Source: Podarcis erhardii (taxonomy: Eukaryota). From it: a DNA stretch of 64,000 nucleotides. Positions 11,901-26,373 of the stretch are shown here, piece by piece. The stretch is taken from the NCBI GenBank assembly GCA_964252035.1, contig OZ176200.1; one strand, written 5' to 3'. The notes beneath the pieces are model-generated. The model did not search any database. It was not told the DNA's origin and worked only from the letters and a program-made list of their open reading frames with translations. How positions within the stretch are numbered: position 1 is the stretch's first letter; each line of letters begins with the position of its first letter. The translations under genes and the position numbers were made by a program.

Positions 11901-14900
11901 GACTTTCCCAAATGGAGGATAGTAGCCATGAGCAACATCGCCTCAGCTACAAAAGACTGAAGGAGGGGAAAAGAGGAGAATATTAGGATGTGCATTTCCT
12001 TTTGAATTCCAAAAACTGAACACTCCCTCTTAAAAATAACATGCAAAACCCAATCAAAAACGGGGGACACAGATTATATCTGAAGCTGACAGCAGCAATT
12101 TGTTAGCTTGAAACTAAGTAGTACACATTCACACAAAGCGAGCTGTAAAAGCAGTGAAGGTGCCTTGAGTGTAAAGAGACTGTCCAAAAGGTGTGATCTT
12201 CAAGTAACTAAGAGAGATGGCTGTCCTCTCACCAAGTATCAGAGGCAGGAATCCCTTAAGCACAATTCAAAGAAATATAACGTACATTTTGCTTCTTTTT
12301 TTCTTGAACCAGCATCACATAACGTAATGCAATCTTGGTCAGAGTTGTGGCGAGGGAGGCTGCGACAAAGAAATCCCCATCCAGCAAAAACCCTCTCAGT
12401 GGAGGCCTACCAAAAAAGATAAAAGGGCAATTTAGAAACAGCACCCAACATTTTGCTTAGCCATGTGACCTATATGACAGACTTCAGAAACAAAAGAACT
12501 CATCTTACTGTACCTAAATGTTTTGAAATCAGGAGGCTATGTGAGAGAAGCAGAAAAGATAGCCTGAACATCTAAATCAAAGTGCACTGTGGGCTTGTAA
12601 GCTATATATGTTTAAATATTTACAATACTTTTTTATACAAAACAATATAAAAGAAGCAAAAGTTATTGTGGTGCCCTCAAGATGTTGGACTACAACTCCC
12701 AGCAGCCCCTGGCAGCAAGGTCACTGATCAGGGGTGATGTGACTTTTAGTCCAAAACATCTGGAGGGCACCACACTGGCTGCACCTGATGTAACAGACTA
12801 CTTATCATCCCACCCATAATAAACCCTCAAAATACACAAGTACACAGAAAAGGGGGGGGGGGACGGTGGGAGTGAGCCACGCAGGTTGACTGATACATAC
12901 TCATCTATTAAGTTACTAATTAATTTTATGAAATGATGCATTTTCAATTTTACCCTTCCACACAGAAGAACAGAATGGCCAATAATGTTCCATGTTGGAT
13001 AAAAATTCCGCCCCACATTACTGGCTGGGACTGTAAGTACTTGGTGGGCTGGTTTTTTTTGGGGGGGGCGGTTATTTTTTTGTAAGCAGCTTTACCCAAG
13101 CTGCAAACAACTTTTTGCTTTGTGTCTATGCCCTGGGCCACAGCAACAAGATTTTCTTCTCTAATGACTCAGCAGGACTTGCTGCCAACGTGCAGATATC
13201 CCGTCTGAACTCAGGGTCTCCTGCCAATGATGTGCTTTCCAACTCCTGGCTGCTTGCTAAGAGAGAGAAAAAATCTCCAAGGAATTCTGTACTCTGAGTT
13301 TTGTTTCTTAAAAACTTGAAACAATATACTCGGCTCTGACCATATGGCAGTAAAGGCACACCGCCCTCTTCTGTCCAATATTCACAGGCAATAACTGCTG
13401 CAGTCTGTTCAAGCGTCATTACTGGAAAGTTGAGACGATTAGAGAGATTACAGGGACAGAAAGAATTGCATCAAGCATTATATATCATTTGGATTCTTTG
13501 TGTTCTTGCCCTTTAAGGCAGCTTTAGTCTGGCAACTGTGTTTTATACATATTTTCATATATGGCAAGTCATTACAAGCAACTCCTTTCTGGAAGGGAGA
13601 AACAAGGTATACATTTTTGTATAATAAAATGTATCACATTGGCAGACTTGTGTAAACATTGATTTATTTATTTTTAAAGATAGGTTTTTATATATAAATA
13701 TTTAAATCCCACTAGTGCTCCTGCTGCTGTTGCACCATCTAAGCAGAGAAGTAGTGCAGATTTCCTTCAATTCTCTCTCCCCACAAAGTTCCTTGGACCC
13801 CATCTCCCATCTAAAAAAATTGGGGGTGGCAGCTGTAGAGTTAATGGGGAAATCAGGGGAAAATCAGCTCCGCACATCTTATGTGAGTGGACACCTCCTG
13901 CCAGATCTAAAGCCCTTGCACTCACACAATAGCACCAGTTGTAAATCATCCACTACTAACAAAGGCAAAAGCCAAATCACCTGTCTTCTTCTTTTTTGGC
14001 AGGTCTGGAACTGCTAAGAGCACTCTGTGTAGCATACGTTCCCATTTCAGTAACCAGTTTTTGGGCTGGACCCACAGTAATTTCCTCCTCAGGCTTCATC
14101 TCACCAGCTTCTTTCTTGATTTCAGATTCTACTATTGGGATCTGAAAGATTAACAATGTGACTGATAAAAAAATTAACAGCATAAACTTCAGCCTGGAAG
14201 ATGGGGCTATTTTTTCTCAGATGCCCCAAAGAAAACAAATTTAGCCAATCTCCTCCTGTACGCACCTCCATATATTAATTTCTCTCCTTCCATTAAAGTA
14301 CTCTCTGTTCCATTAACTATTAATGAAATGATGAATTATTTCAATACGATTAATCTTTGATTAATTTGTTCAGCAGAAACTACAAGTTGGTATTAGCATG
14401 GTATTGTTTTTCATTTGTACAGTACATCCTCAAGAAACCACCAAATGTAACCAATTTTAAAATCCTGTGGTTTTCAAAGGCTTATTTCCCCCCTGAAATG
14501 TATAAAAACAGAAAAATGTGTTTTGATTAACAATACAGACACCTACCTCTCCCAGTGATCTACGGACTTCTGTCATTACGCTCTGTATATCTTCCTTTGT
14601 GCTACAGTATTCTCCAAGGATCCAGAGGGCTCCGCGATAAATTCTAAAAAGCACAAATAAATAAATAAATCAGCCTTGCAATTTTACACAGATAATCGAT
14701 TCAAACTGCACCCTCATACATTTCATGGGCACATCAGTCATTCCGGCGCAAAAGGATTAAGTAGCCTACAAAAATTATTAGTATTTGCTTAGCAGAGGCT
14801 CAGTTGTCTATTGATCTGCTTACCAGATATATGAACTGCCAAAGGTAAAGGAGACGAGTGGAAGAGCATCCTCCTCCCTCCTTCACTCTTTCAGTTACCA

Positions 14901-17900
14901 GTCTAGATTTATTTTCCAGTGGCAGAAAAATATTGCAGGAACAGTAGAACTCATGGGATATAAGCCACTGCTAACAAAGGCAAAAGTCTAATCACCTGTC
15001 TTTCAGGAAATTATTGTGAATGCAAGGGCTTTTATCTGGCAGAAGGCATCCATTTATGGAGGAGGCAGGAAGGTGAGAGGAAGAAGGAAAACAAAAGACA
15101 TGTGAATGGGCTGTCAGAAAGGCCAGGAAGATGAAATGTTGGCACAAAACTATATATATTTACTCACAATTAAGTTACACTGGTCTACTGAACACAATGA
15201 ACGTGTGAGCAGGACTGCAGCATGAGTAACCTTTTAATATCACTTCCCCTGCATGCTGAGAAAACACATACTAAAACAATTAACCTAATGAGGTTTCTCT
15301 CCCAGCAACCCAAGCTGCTTTTGAAATTTGAGGGGCAGGATTACCGAGTACAGTCGTACCTTGGAAGTCGAACGGAATCCGTTCCGGAAGTCCGTTCGAC
15401 TTCCAAAACTTTCAAAAACCAAATCGTGGCTTCTGATTGGCTGCAGGAAGCTCCTGCAGCCAATCAGAAGCTGCAGAAGTCCCGTTGGATGTTCGGGTTC
15501 CAAAAGAACGTTCACAAACTGGAACAATCACTTCCAGGTTTGTAGTGTTCGGGAGCTACAAAACGTCCAAGTTCCAGGTTGTTTGGGATCCAAGGTACAA
15601 CCGCATCAGTAAGGTAAAATTTGGACAGACTTCCATCGGCACAGGCATTGCAGCTTCCCATATAGAATGGTACTGTCCCTGGGGGCTCTCCTGCCCCCCA
15701 CTCCAAGCCACGGTTGGGAGGTGTGGTGGAAGTAGGAGGAGAAAATCCCTGTTGTGCTAGCAGACGTCCTCACACAAGGCTTCTACTGGTGCAGCTTGTT
15801 ATCTGTCAATCCCACCCAATAATTTATTTAGAAACAGTCACATGCTGCTGCAGATGTATGTAATGGAAACAGATTAATTTAACTGCCCAATCACTTCAGA
15901 TTTATAAAGGCAACACAAGTAAGTCTTGTGAGAGTAAGAACACTGCATTTTTGGCAGTGTAGCAGACATACGATTTATTTTCACATCTGTTCAGAGGCAC
16001 ACAAAAATTTGAAGGCAATAAAATGAATCCTTATTCAGTATTTTAGCCGAAGTCCTATGCGCCCACATCGGTTTCCTTAACTCGCTTCTATTTTAACAAC
16101 TTAGAGCAGGGGTCGGCAAGGTTTACCTTGCCTGGGCTGGTTCACTCCAGCGGAGATCTCTCCATGGGCCAGATCGCGAGAGCACATGCCCATGATTTCC
16201 GGCATCAGCGTCTGCGCAGACGTGATTTCCGGTGCCACAGAAGCGAGTCCCCGTGCCGTGTTGGTTTAGCGCAGCGCATGGGGACTCGCCAAGTGGGCAG
16301 CTCGTGGGCCAGTTAAACGACCCCTCTGGGCTGCTTGTAGCCCATGGGCCTTAGGTTGCCAACCCCTGACTTAGAAGCACCTAAACCTTTAAATCCAGGT
16401 GGTGAGCAGTGTCTACTTGAGGCATATGTTAAACTTACTTGACAGATTTAATACAGTGGAACACTTCCAGCATCTTCTCCACAATAAGTAGTCTGAGATT
16501 ATCAAAACGCTGGATGGCTTCACGCACAAACTCCAAGACATCAGCAGCTGCAGCTTCATTATAATCACTGAGGAACTCCATCAACTAGGATAAGAATGAG
16601 CAAGTCACACAACTTGAAAGACATCAGCACCCCATTAGCCAAATCAAGAACTAGAAGTTAACAGGATTTGGATTGACTGTACATGTACAAGAGTGCTTTA
16701 GGCTCAACTATTTCTGTAAGAGACAGTGCACGGAACAAGGTGGCAGCTGGTACAATTTAACAGCCGCTTTGCATGCATAGAGGCCAATAGCTGCCCATAT
16801 CATACGGAGTGATATTCAACAAATGAGTCCCTTCAGCAGAAGCCCTGTGCAAAGACGTCTGCTTGTGCAATGGGCTCCCGCCCCCCCCCCCATTCCTCCC
16901 CACGCAACTGGCTCAGGGGTTGGGGTCAGGGAACCCTTGGAACAACATGGTGGGAGAAAAGGGGGATAATTCCATCTGGCAAGCCATATTGCTTGCACTG
17001 ACAGAACTATCAGAACAGCATGATATTGAATTCTTTCTAAAAACTTTAGTAAACTTTGGCCAGAAATCCTAGGGAACTCAGTGCTTTCTAACTCAATAAA
17101 GTTGTTCTGAAGCTTTTATAATTCAAAATAAAGATGACAAATTCTTGTTTAAACTTCTACAATGTTGTCTTGTTACTTTCTGGCAGTAATACAGTTTGTT
17201 CTTCCAACTACAATTCCATAAAAATAAGAACCTCTTCTCACATAACGAAATTATGAGAATTTATAACAAAGTGTGTGCTTTAACTAATAGAAAACAACAA
17301 ACTGGGAACAAGAATAAACTTATAAAAGGGGGGGAACCAATCAGGACTACAAGAAAAGTAGCTGAGAAGGTAAGCAACTATTAAATATTAAACAATTATT
17401 GCAAGTTAAGTGTAACAAAATTTGTGGAACAGGAAGCAAAATGTTGAATGAGTTGCTTACCACAGGAATGACATTTGCAGCCATATCAGGGAACCGAACG
17501 CTACAGGAATGTAATGTCCGAACAAGCAATTGTCTGTATTTATCAGTATCTTCATGCTCTGTCACATTATTTGTTTTAATTACTTCTTTCTTCAAAACAA
17601 TCACCAGCTAGACAAAAGCAAAGCACAAAACAACAATTACATTTTTTAAAAAAAGGTCAAAAAATTAAAGCTAAAGTATTATGTAGTTACTCAAAAGTAA
17701 GTAAAGGTAAATTAAGAGAGACTTTACTTAAACATTAACAGGTATAGGATTCAACTGTGGGGGGAAAGGAACATGTGTTTTACCTCTTCTACATTTCTGG
17801 AAGATACAAGATCGAGAGCCAACTGTAAGGTCTTCTTGCGCACTTCCAAGTCTGGTGTACTCAGAACTCTTAGTATGTCCATTACTAGATCCTGAAATAA

Positions 17901-20844
17901 AGTACACTTTGTTTGTAGGCATGGGCTATATCATTTCTGTGCAATGCGCTGTTTATATTTATATTTTACTTTATTTATTTAATCTCTATACCACCCTTCA
18001 TCCAAGGATCACAGGGAGGATTAAGATATAAAAAAACCAAAAATGCATAACACAGTTTTAACATACAACATACATTTGGTTGTACAGCTTTGAATTTGGG
18101 AAAACTATGCCTACCTGCAGTACTCTTTCATGGGCTGGGTGATCCTTGAGTTCAATCAAGCGGTCCAACACAATGAGCTTCACATTGTTGTCACTTTCTT
18201 TAATAATAAGGTCAATATAGCACTGAGCTGCTGCCTTCAGTTAAAAGAAAAATGAAAATGCTTAAAGCATTCCAATTTGTGATATAGGAAAAGAAGTTGA
18301 CAAACAAATTAGGTGCAAGAACACAAGTTTTTCTAAATCAACAGGAAATGTTACAAACTAAGGAAGATGGGCAAGCCTGCACAATAATTCTGAGCACTTG
18401 AATTGATTTGCCTGTTTGGCATTCTCTGGTAGTTGCAGTTATATTTTCCATTAAATCTTAGGCATCAGGATGAAATATGGTGTACACATTCAGAAAACAA
18501 TTGTATGTATATTTCAAGTGCAAAATGCAGCTCAACCTTTGCATGAATTTCTGGGGGTGGGCAGGATGCAAATACGATGCTATACTATCTCTCAGCTGAA
18601 GAATAAGATACTGGAGTGTTCCATTACCATGGTACTTTTGGACAACATACAGTTTGAAGTGGCGTTCTTCTAACTTGGCCTGTTCCTGACTTAGTGCAAC
18701 ATCATGGAACTGCAAAATGGTCACTTTGTCTCTGATCACACAGTATGCTCAAAATGCTTTCTTTAAATTATAAATTGGATGATGGTTCATATTCACGTGC
18801 CAATAATCAATGAACAAAGCAGTACCTTGGTGAGACACTCCTAAACTTTACCTGCTGTTCCAATTCACAAGCCTTAAAATGCCTTAGTACCAAATGTATA
18901 CTGATGTCCAAGACACTTAAAAAAATGTTTTGATGTGTCACAATACGCTGCAGTACCTTGATTGCTGTTGGTGCACTGGAAAGTGTAACTAATGTTCCTG
19001 CTGCTTCATATTTTACTGCAGGGCTCGACGATTGCAGTAAATTGTAGATACAACGAATAAACCGAGCTCTTTCTGATGGATTAGCATGGCAAACCTAAAT
19101 TTGGAAATGAAAGATGCAGAAGCAATATTCTCTTGCTGAAGGAGGAATGGATTATCTCTTTTTTAAAAACAACAACAACAAAACCCTCAATTGCTTAGTT
19201 CTCTTGTTACTACACTGGTTGTCAAACACCAGAGGAAACCTGAACAAACAGACTACCCATACAAACATTAGCAGTACCAAAATAAAGAATATCACTGATA
19301 CAGAAGTCTGATTCAAACAACATTTGTTTCTAAAAATACACCAGTTTGAATCTGACAAACTACAATAACTCTGATTTTGGAATATTGCTTTTTTGTCCTC
19401 TCCTCCTTGCTACAGCTTCCAAAAATCGCTTCTGTGAGTTGGGAGACCCTCGTATTCACCGTGGGTGACTACAGATGGAAATGAGTTTTATCAGGAATCA
19501 CAGAATCCTATTGTGTCAGTGCAAGTGCCTTCTGATTGCACTTGCATCCAGCCTATCATCTTTCCATCCGATGATGTGGAATCTGGCACACAAAACTGCA
19601 AAGGTTGTAAAGGTCTATTGTAGACCTACTAAAATGAATGGGCATGATTCATTAGTTTCAATGGATCTACTCAGAGCAAAACCTAGCTGGAGAGAACTCT
19701 CAGTTACTAACACATTTGTTAGTCCTTAACTTCCATTTTTCCAGTGTTTGCAACAAACGAGCTGAGGCTCATTTAATTTTTTTTAGAAACAATTTCTTTC
19801 CCAATGAAAGTTGAAAATTATTTCTTTCCTGTACCTTATAGATCAGTTCCACAATAACAAGTTGTAGAATATCACCAAATGTCTGGACTTGGTCAATACA
19901 GGTACTCAAATAATCCAAAGCACGATCCTTCAGAAATAAACAAAATAATTTTCACATTTGAGTTTTGCCATTTCTCATTATAATCCAAGTACTATGTATT
20001 CATTTTTACATTTTATATCCTTTCAGTTTACCAGGGACACTCCAAATTACAGCAGGTAGTTTTATTTTTAGTCATATGTTGTCATCTTTGTACATGGATG
20101 ACACTTTAATAAAATAATAGGCTCAAGAGGCTTACAATCTAGAAAAAGGCAAAAAGGAGACAACAGAAGGAAATGGAGGTGGGCAGGCCTGGAAGATAAT
20201 GCGTATAATGAAGTTACACATACTTAGGCATACTGGGAGTAGGAGACAGTGCCAAAGGGATCATTGAAAACCTGTGTTTGAAGAGGAATTTGAAGAAAAA
20301 GAGAGAGATGGCATCACAAAAGGCATTCTGGGAGATGTTTCCAAGCATAAGGGGCAGGAAGGGAGAAAGGGTGCAGTTGTTTGATAAAGCAGGAAACATT
20401 TAGATAGCTTGGGGTGATAAAGCTGGATGAGTGAAGGCAAGACAGGGATATGCCTCTTAAATTACAACACAAATTCAAAGTGTTGGTGCTGACCTTTAAA
20501 GCCCTAAATGGCCTCGGTCCAGTATACCTGAAGGAGCGTCTCCACCCCCATTGCTCTACCCAGACACTGAGGTCCAGCACTGAGGGCCTTCTGGCGGTTC
20601 CCTCGTTGCAAGAAGCCAAGTTACAGGGAACCAGGCAGATGCCTTCTCGGTAGTGGCACCCGCCCTATGGAACACCCTCCCACCAGATGTCAAAGAGAAA
20701 AACAACTACCAGACTTTTAGAAGACATCTGAAGGCAGCCCTGTTTAGGGAAGCTTTTAATGTTTGACAGACTATTGTATTTTAATATTTTGTTGGAAGCC
20801 ACCCAGAGTGGCTGGGGAAACCCAGCCAGATGGAAAGGGTACAA

Positions 20845-20895
<51 letters not shown>

Positions 20896-23675
20896 TTCAA
20901 AACCAAGAAGGGTGGGGGGACATTTATTTTTACCTGATCAGCATGAATAAGCATCATGAAGGCATTTCTTTTGCAACTTGCATCTTTCTCATTCACCAGA
21001 AAATCATGGATCAGTTCAGGGGCATCAGGTATAAGATGCTCAAAGTTTCTTTTAAAAGAACAGAGATAAAGATTACAAATGTAACGCTCAATAATGCAAT
21101 TGAATTTATACAAAAAGTAGATGTTGTAGCCTTTTGAAGAAAAGTTAAAGAACAATTGTTCTGCGCTCGCCTTTTATATTCAAAAAACAGCAAGGTACCC
21201 CAAAATAGGTAAAGTTCTTTCAATTCTTTTATCCGATGCCATTTCTGCAGGGTTACAATTATTTACCTTTCCTGTGAGCTTGTAAATATAGAAGACTACT
21301 AACAGGGTAAATCTGTAACATTGTAATTATAACTTGGCTGCAATTCCTGGGCTACGCACAAAACTCCTAACAATCACGATGGCTTCAAACCTTTCCTTAT
21401 GCACTGCTTGACAAACCAAATTGAAGAGTTTCAAAACTATAATCTGCTGCAAAGAAAAAAGCCACATAGAAAGGAGTTCCGTGGACTGCAGCCTCAGTTT
21501 ATTTAGCAAGCTACGAACAGTTGTGTTAAGACTTATGATTTTATTTTAGCCTGGTTTACATTAGCTTGGACCAAAAAGTAAACTTAAAATAAGTATTTCT
21601 GAAAATGAAGTTAAATGCTCCCAATTTCTCACAATGGCTCAATGCCATTTCTTAATTAATTTGAATGATAGACTGGCTCACAAGTATCCCGCATAAAAAG
21701 CTATTAAAATTATGGTCATTAACTGTTTTTCACCAGAACCCAGTGTGCTATACCCCTAGCTCTGCAGGTCTGTGTGTACTTGTAAAGGGGCTTCTGGACA
21801 GATTGGAAGACAACTGTGGCATCCCGCTTGTGCAATGGACTTCCACTCATGCAAACATTACTTTCCCTTCCTCTCCTCCCTCCTGTGTTCCTCCAAAATC
21901 TGCTGAGAGCTACAGGGAGGAGGAGAGATCACACTGCATTCATTGGTGCAACACTGGATTTCATCCATTAGGGTCAAAGAAACAGGACTACTTTCCATAC
22001 TTGATTTAAGTTCAGCGCACACAAAACTGATAAAGTCCTTTCATAAGTAACACTCCCATGCAGCATGTGTGAACAGTTTAGTAAAGGCAAAATAAACCAA
22101 ACCAAAAAGTATTTAGAAATATTTCTCTGCTAGAAGTAGCAACTGAATTGGGATGTAGACTCCACAATAATATAAAAACCACAACAGATATGAATTATGA
22201 ATTCTTCAAGCATTTATTGAAATAAGATTTTAAGTCGGTGTTTTTAACAGGTGATGATCAAGCTTAATTTTATTTGAGCATTATATAATTACTAAATAGC
22301 TTTAATGCATTAAGAAGGGGGAAATATGAAGTGTTAAAATGATGAGCATCATTTAAGGTTGTCACCTTTCTCCCTCCCCACCAAAGATACAGCATAGCTA
22401 TGTTCCTAGCCTGACAGCTGGGACTTTAGTAAATTTGCAAAAATTACCTGTAAATAGTGTAGATTGCAAGGACTGCATTCCTGCGCACATAGCTATGACG
22501 ATGTTCCAGACATGCACGAATAGCTGGCATCAATGGTTCCAGCAATTCTGCTTCCTTAAGCTTGCAAAGGAAACGGAGAGTGGATCCTCTGATGAACTCG
22601 TTTGGATGTTGAAGATCCTGAAACATCAAAATCAATATGATATACGTATGTATTTGGAAATGAGGCACAATTGCATTCTGGTCTCCTTACATCAACTAAG
22701 TCTACTAAATCTGGACAAAATAAAAATCAACTAAATCTGGAGAAAGGTAAAAATAATCCAAAACTGAGTCATTTTTACAATAAAGCCACATCTTGGTCCA
22801 AAAGAACAAGACAAAAACATATTCCACTTACAAAGCAGGATACATAGCATTAGGATGGCTGATTACAAATTATGTTGATTACATATTACAATTCTATGCT
22901 GCAAGTAGAATAAATAAAAGATTAACCTTTCTGTAGGCATCACAAACAAGGATCATTTCTTGCAACAGTCTACCATCTGGAGTGGTCTTGGGAACAATCT
23001 CCCAAAATACTAAAAGCAGTTTTTTGATGGTGTGGTCCTGAAGTGGCAGCACAAACCGAATAATAGTCATCAAAAGTCCTGGCAGCTTTTCACCATTTAA
23101 AATCATTATGATTACTTTCTTCAAGGCCTCTGTCTTAGATTTCACATCTCCTTTTTCTGTTAGACAAAAGAAACTGCGTAAGTTACATTAACCACAGACT
23201 ATGATAGCAGAACATTTTTTTAATGTTGTTGCATTACATACTATCATTCTGAATTTCTTGTTCTTTATCCTGCTACTGCTACATTTTATTACATGATAAT
23301 CACTATAGAGATTTCTACACTTTGGCATAGTAAACCATAGCCTTTGCTAACCTGGTGCCCTCCAGATGTAAGCCCTAGCCAGTATGACCCATGCTGGCTG
23401 GTGCTGACTGGAGCTAGAATCCAAAATACCTGGAAGGCAACAATTTGGTGACGGCTTTCTTACTGTGTACTAGTCCAACCAAAAGAACACACAAATAAAG
23501 AAGGGGAAGGATTTCTGGGTAGACACTATTGGGTTTACATGTGCCTCACATTACTGACAATTCAATTTAGGCAAAATTCTTACATACAACCCCCACACAA
23601 AAGAATGCTTGAAAAGTTCCCATATGGTGGCTCCTCTATGGAGTGGCTATAACACACAAGAGTGGCATGCAATAG

Positions 23676-23708
<33 letters not shown>

Positions 23709-24186
23709 ACTCAGCAATGCCCGCACTTTTGCTGCACTCCACTTTTTCAGTAGAGCTGCCACAGAGTGCAGAAGGAACTGAAATTTAACTTGTCATTCAT
23801 CACTGTTTGCTCTGCAACATCCTAGTCCACTTCCCATGTTTTGCCCGTGAGACCATATGTATTTCCTCACATTAATGTGTGGTCTGTTAACCATTTTAGC
23901 TGCTACTATATGCTTAAATTAGTTTATTTCACTTTTTAAAGGCTGTTTTACAGCATTTAATGTTTAAAATATTTTCATTTCATTTTTTTCTTTCCCACCA
24001 CTTCTCTGATTGCCATGGCAGCAGAACAGGCAATAGAATATTTGAAATAAATTCACATACAACTATAAAAGTATGGTCCAGAAAGCATAACATACCCAAG
24101 TCATTCTTTAAGCTCATTTCAGATGGTGGCTCCGAGTCCATTGGAACAATGATTAATGTATAGCACACATTTTCTGCAGCCGTCAT
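5999..24186 (-). CDS. COPB1: Coatomer subunit beta (beta-COP), complete spliced CDS, 21 coding exons
   Basis: Exons in transcript order: 24186-24096, 23156-22927, 22617-22448, 21048-20934, 19927-19835, 19094-18957, 18234-18115, 17891-17784, 17607-17461, 16584-16439, 14643-14547, 14141-13981, 12406-12286, 11956-11729, 11600-11421, 10489-10345, 10252-10133, 9655-9510, 8974-8885, 8302-8147, 6058-5999. All introns are GT-AG and phases are consistent. Total 2862 nt = 953 aa + TAA. Translation [12 protein letters not shown]...[20 protein letters not shown]...[19 protein letters not shown] is near-identical to vertebrate beta-COP as recalled. Confidence 0.99.
6505..6816 (-). mobile_element. tRNA-derived SINE (Squam3-like) with (CTT)n/(CCT)n tail
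   Basis: Reverse complement begins AGAGCCAGTGTGGTGTAGTGGTTAAGAG (A-box-like). The tail forms the (GAA)n(GAG)n microsatellite at about 6505-6575. Confidence 0.75.
7055..7215 (+). mobile_element. tRNA-derived SINE (Squam1-like), degraded
   Basis: GGTGGAAGAGCATCTGCTCTGCATGCAG...GCCACTGCCAGTCAATGTAGACGATACTGAGC. Confidence 0.55.
7706..7820. repeat. 115-bp fold-back element with a 16-bp perfect terminal inverted repeat
   Basis: GTGCAATGCAAGGAGC (7706-7721) / GCTCCTTGCATTGCAC (7805-7820). Inner stem 7736-7756 / 7780-7800 matches at 19/21. Flanked by TTCTG on both sides. Confidence 0.75.
15351..15603. mobile_element. pogo/Tigger-type MITE
   Basis: TA|CAGTCGTACCTTGG...CCAAGGTACAACCG; related to 35086-35290 and 61241-61916. 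Confidence 0.8.
16107..16368. mobile_element. hAT-type MITE
   Basis: CAGGGGTCGGCAA...TTGCCAACCCCTG, 8-bp TSD ACTTAGA(G/A). Confidence 0.8.
20462..20884 (+). mobile_element. L2 LINE 3' fragment with (AAT)n tail, ending about 50 bp from a COPB1 exon
   Basis: [23 protein letters not shown]...; same family as 273-1234. Confidence 0.9.
23678..23707. repeat. (AC)n microsatellite
   Basis: Direct reading. Confidence 0.95.
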
Positions 24187-24305
24187 TTTGTCTCTTTATC
24201 AAAGTTCTCTCAATGCAAGATTTTTTAAAAAGATGTCTCACAAACTCTGGAAAAGAATCCCAATAATGCAGTTAATTGATAACGATGCTTCTACTGTAGT
24301 CCATA

Positions 24306-24672
24306 AAAAGGTAAAGTACCCCTGACCATCAGGTCCAGTCGTGACCGACTCTGGGGTTGCGTGCTCATCTCGCTCAAGAGGCCGGGAGCCAGCGCTTGTC
24401 CGCAGACAGCTTCTGGGTCACGTGGCCAGCGTGACTAAACCACTTCTGGCGGACCAGAGCAGCACACGGAAACGCCGTTACCTTCCCACTCCCCACCGGA
24501 GAGCGGTCCCTATTTATCTACTCACACTTTTGAGGTGCTTTCGAACTGCTAGGTTGACAGGAGCTGGGACCGAACAACGGAAGCTCGCCCCGTCGTGGGG
24601 ATTCGAACCGCCGACCTTCCGATCAGCAAGTCCTAGGCACTGTGGTTTAACCCACAGCGCCACCCGCGGCCC
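24306..24672 (-). mobile_element. Sauria SINE
   Basis: 13-bp TSD ACTGTAGTCCATA at 24293-24305 and 24673-24685. Confidence 0.9.
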
Positions 24673-24835
24673 ACTGTAGTCCATACGTTGTCATAAAAAA
24701 TCCCCAAATATCTTCAAGTCTGTATTTTGTCTACTGGACTGAGGACTGCAGGACAATGTACTCTATTGAAAATAATGCAACAAATGTGCAAATATATGCA
24801 ACCATATTTCAAGGGGAACAGTGCAGCCTTATATT

Positions 24836-24971
24836 CAGGCATAGGCAAACTCAGCCCTCCAGATGTTTTGGGATTACAACTCCCATCATCCCTGACCACT
24901 GGTCCTGTTAGCTAGGGATTATGGGAGTTGTAGTCTCAAAACATCTGGAGGGCCAAGTTTGCCTATGCCTG
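24836..24971. mobile_element. 136-bp palindromic hAT-type MITE
   Basis: About 58-bp inverted arms starting CAGGCATAGGCAAACT; TSD CTT(A/G)TATT. Confidence 0.85.
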
Positions 24972-26317
24972 CTTGTATTTAACAACTCTCCTGCTGGCCA
25001 CATTAATCCAGGAATGCCATACAAGTGAGGCTAGTAACTTTTGTGGGCTGATTTACAAATCTAGAATAACCTCATCAGAATGCTCACATGTACCAAAGCT
25101 GCAGTCTCATATATGTCTATTCAGCAGTAATACTGCCCCATTAGATTCAGAGGGATGTACTTCCAGGTGTGTATGAGATTGGAGCCAAAATGCAATAGAA
25201 CATCTGAGTAGAAAGTGTTTTTTTAAAAAGCAGTAGCAATATACAGTATCCAGTTCTCAATTGTTATTTAGACATTCCAGATGCTTAACTACATTATTAC
25301 AAACCCTTCTAGTAAAGAATACATACACAATAATGTCCTAAGAAAACATAGCTGGCTGTATAGTCACTAAAATAAGTGGATACTGTATCATCAAAATAAA
25401 GCACCAAGTGCTTTATAAATTTCAGTGCTAGAATAAAATTCATGCTTAACCTTTGACGGGTTCATGAGCACAGAGATATTATTCATTGAGCAGTCAAATG
25501 CCAAACCCCAAGTTATAGCCAGTGGAAAAACAACCTTTTGACAAAGTCCCTCACTAAAAACTCATAAATAAACTTAGCAGTCATGGAATTGGAGAAAAGG
25601 TACCCTTGCAGATGGGTAACTCCTTCAAAAATAGTAAGTGTAGGATAGGTATAGATTGTTCTCAAAATGAAATGCAGTATGAAAACACACAAGGTTCTGT
25701 AGTGTGATATTTGTTCATAAACAATCTGGAGACCAGGGCTAGCAGGAAAAGTAGCCAAGTTTGCAGTTGACACCAAATGATTCCACATGGTGGTAGCTCA
25801 AACAAGTTTTGAGGTGTAGCAAAAGAACTTCTCCAAATGCAGTGAAGGCATTTGCACAAGATGTCAAATGAGATTTAGTGTAAATAGATTTAAGGTGATA
25901 TACATTAGGAGGGGGAAAAATCTAGATTCATATATAGACCAATACAGCATACATTGATGGGAAGCAACCAGACAGGGGAGCTTGAAATCATGGTGAATCG
26001 CTAATGAAAACATTGATTATGTGCATCACATCAGTAAGGGATAATTCCATGCTAGGGATTATTAGGTACGGAACTGATGACGAAGTGACCTGTGCAATAA
26101 ATCCACAGTGTAGCCATCTCCAGAATACTCTGCTCAGTTCTGGTCATCCCCCGTCCCACCCACTTGAAAGTGGTCCTCACAGAGCTAGAAAAGGGGAAAC
26201 AAGGCTATCAGGGAATTTAAGCAATTTCCCTACAAGATTAGGTCTAAACTTAAAAACAAAAGAAATTAATAGGATGGCATATAACAGAGACTTATAAGAG
26301 TATGCATTGCATAAAAA

Positions 26318-26319
<2 letters not shown>

Positions 26320-26369
<50 letters not shown>
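26320..26369. repeat. (AT)n microsatellite
   Basis: Direct reading. Confidence 0.95.

Positions 26370-26373
<4 letters not shown>

Noticed and set aside
13096-13256. Candidate cassette exon in COPB1 (strong acceptor at 13257, TGG|GTAAAG donor at 13096)
   Set aside because: Only generic splice-like motifs, with no independent support such as duplication or homology.
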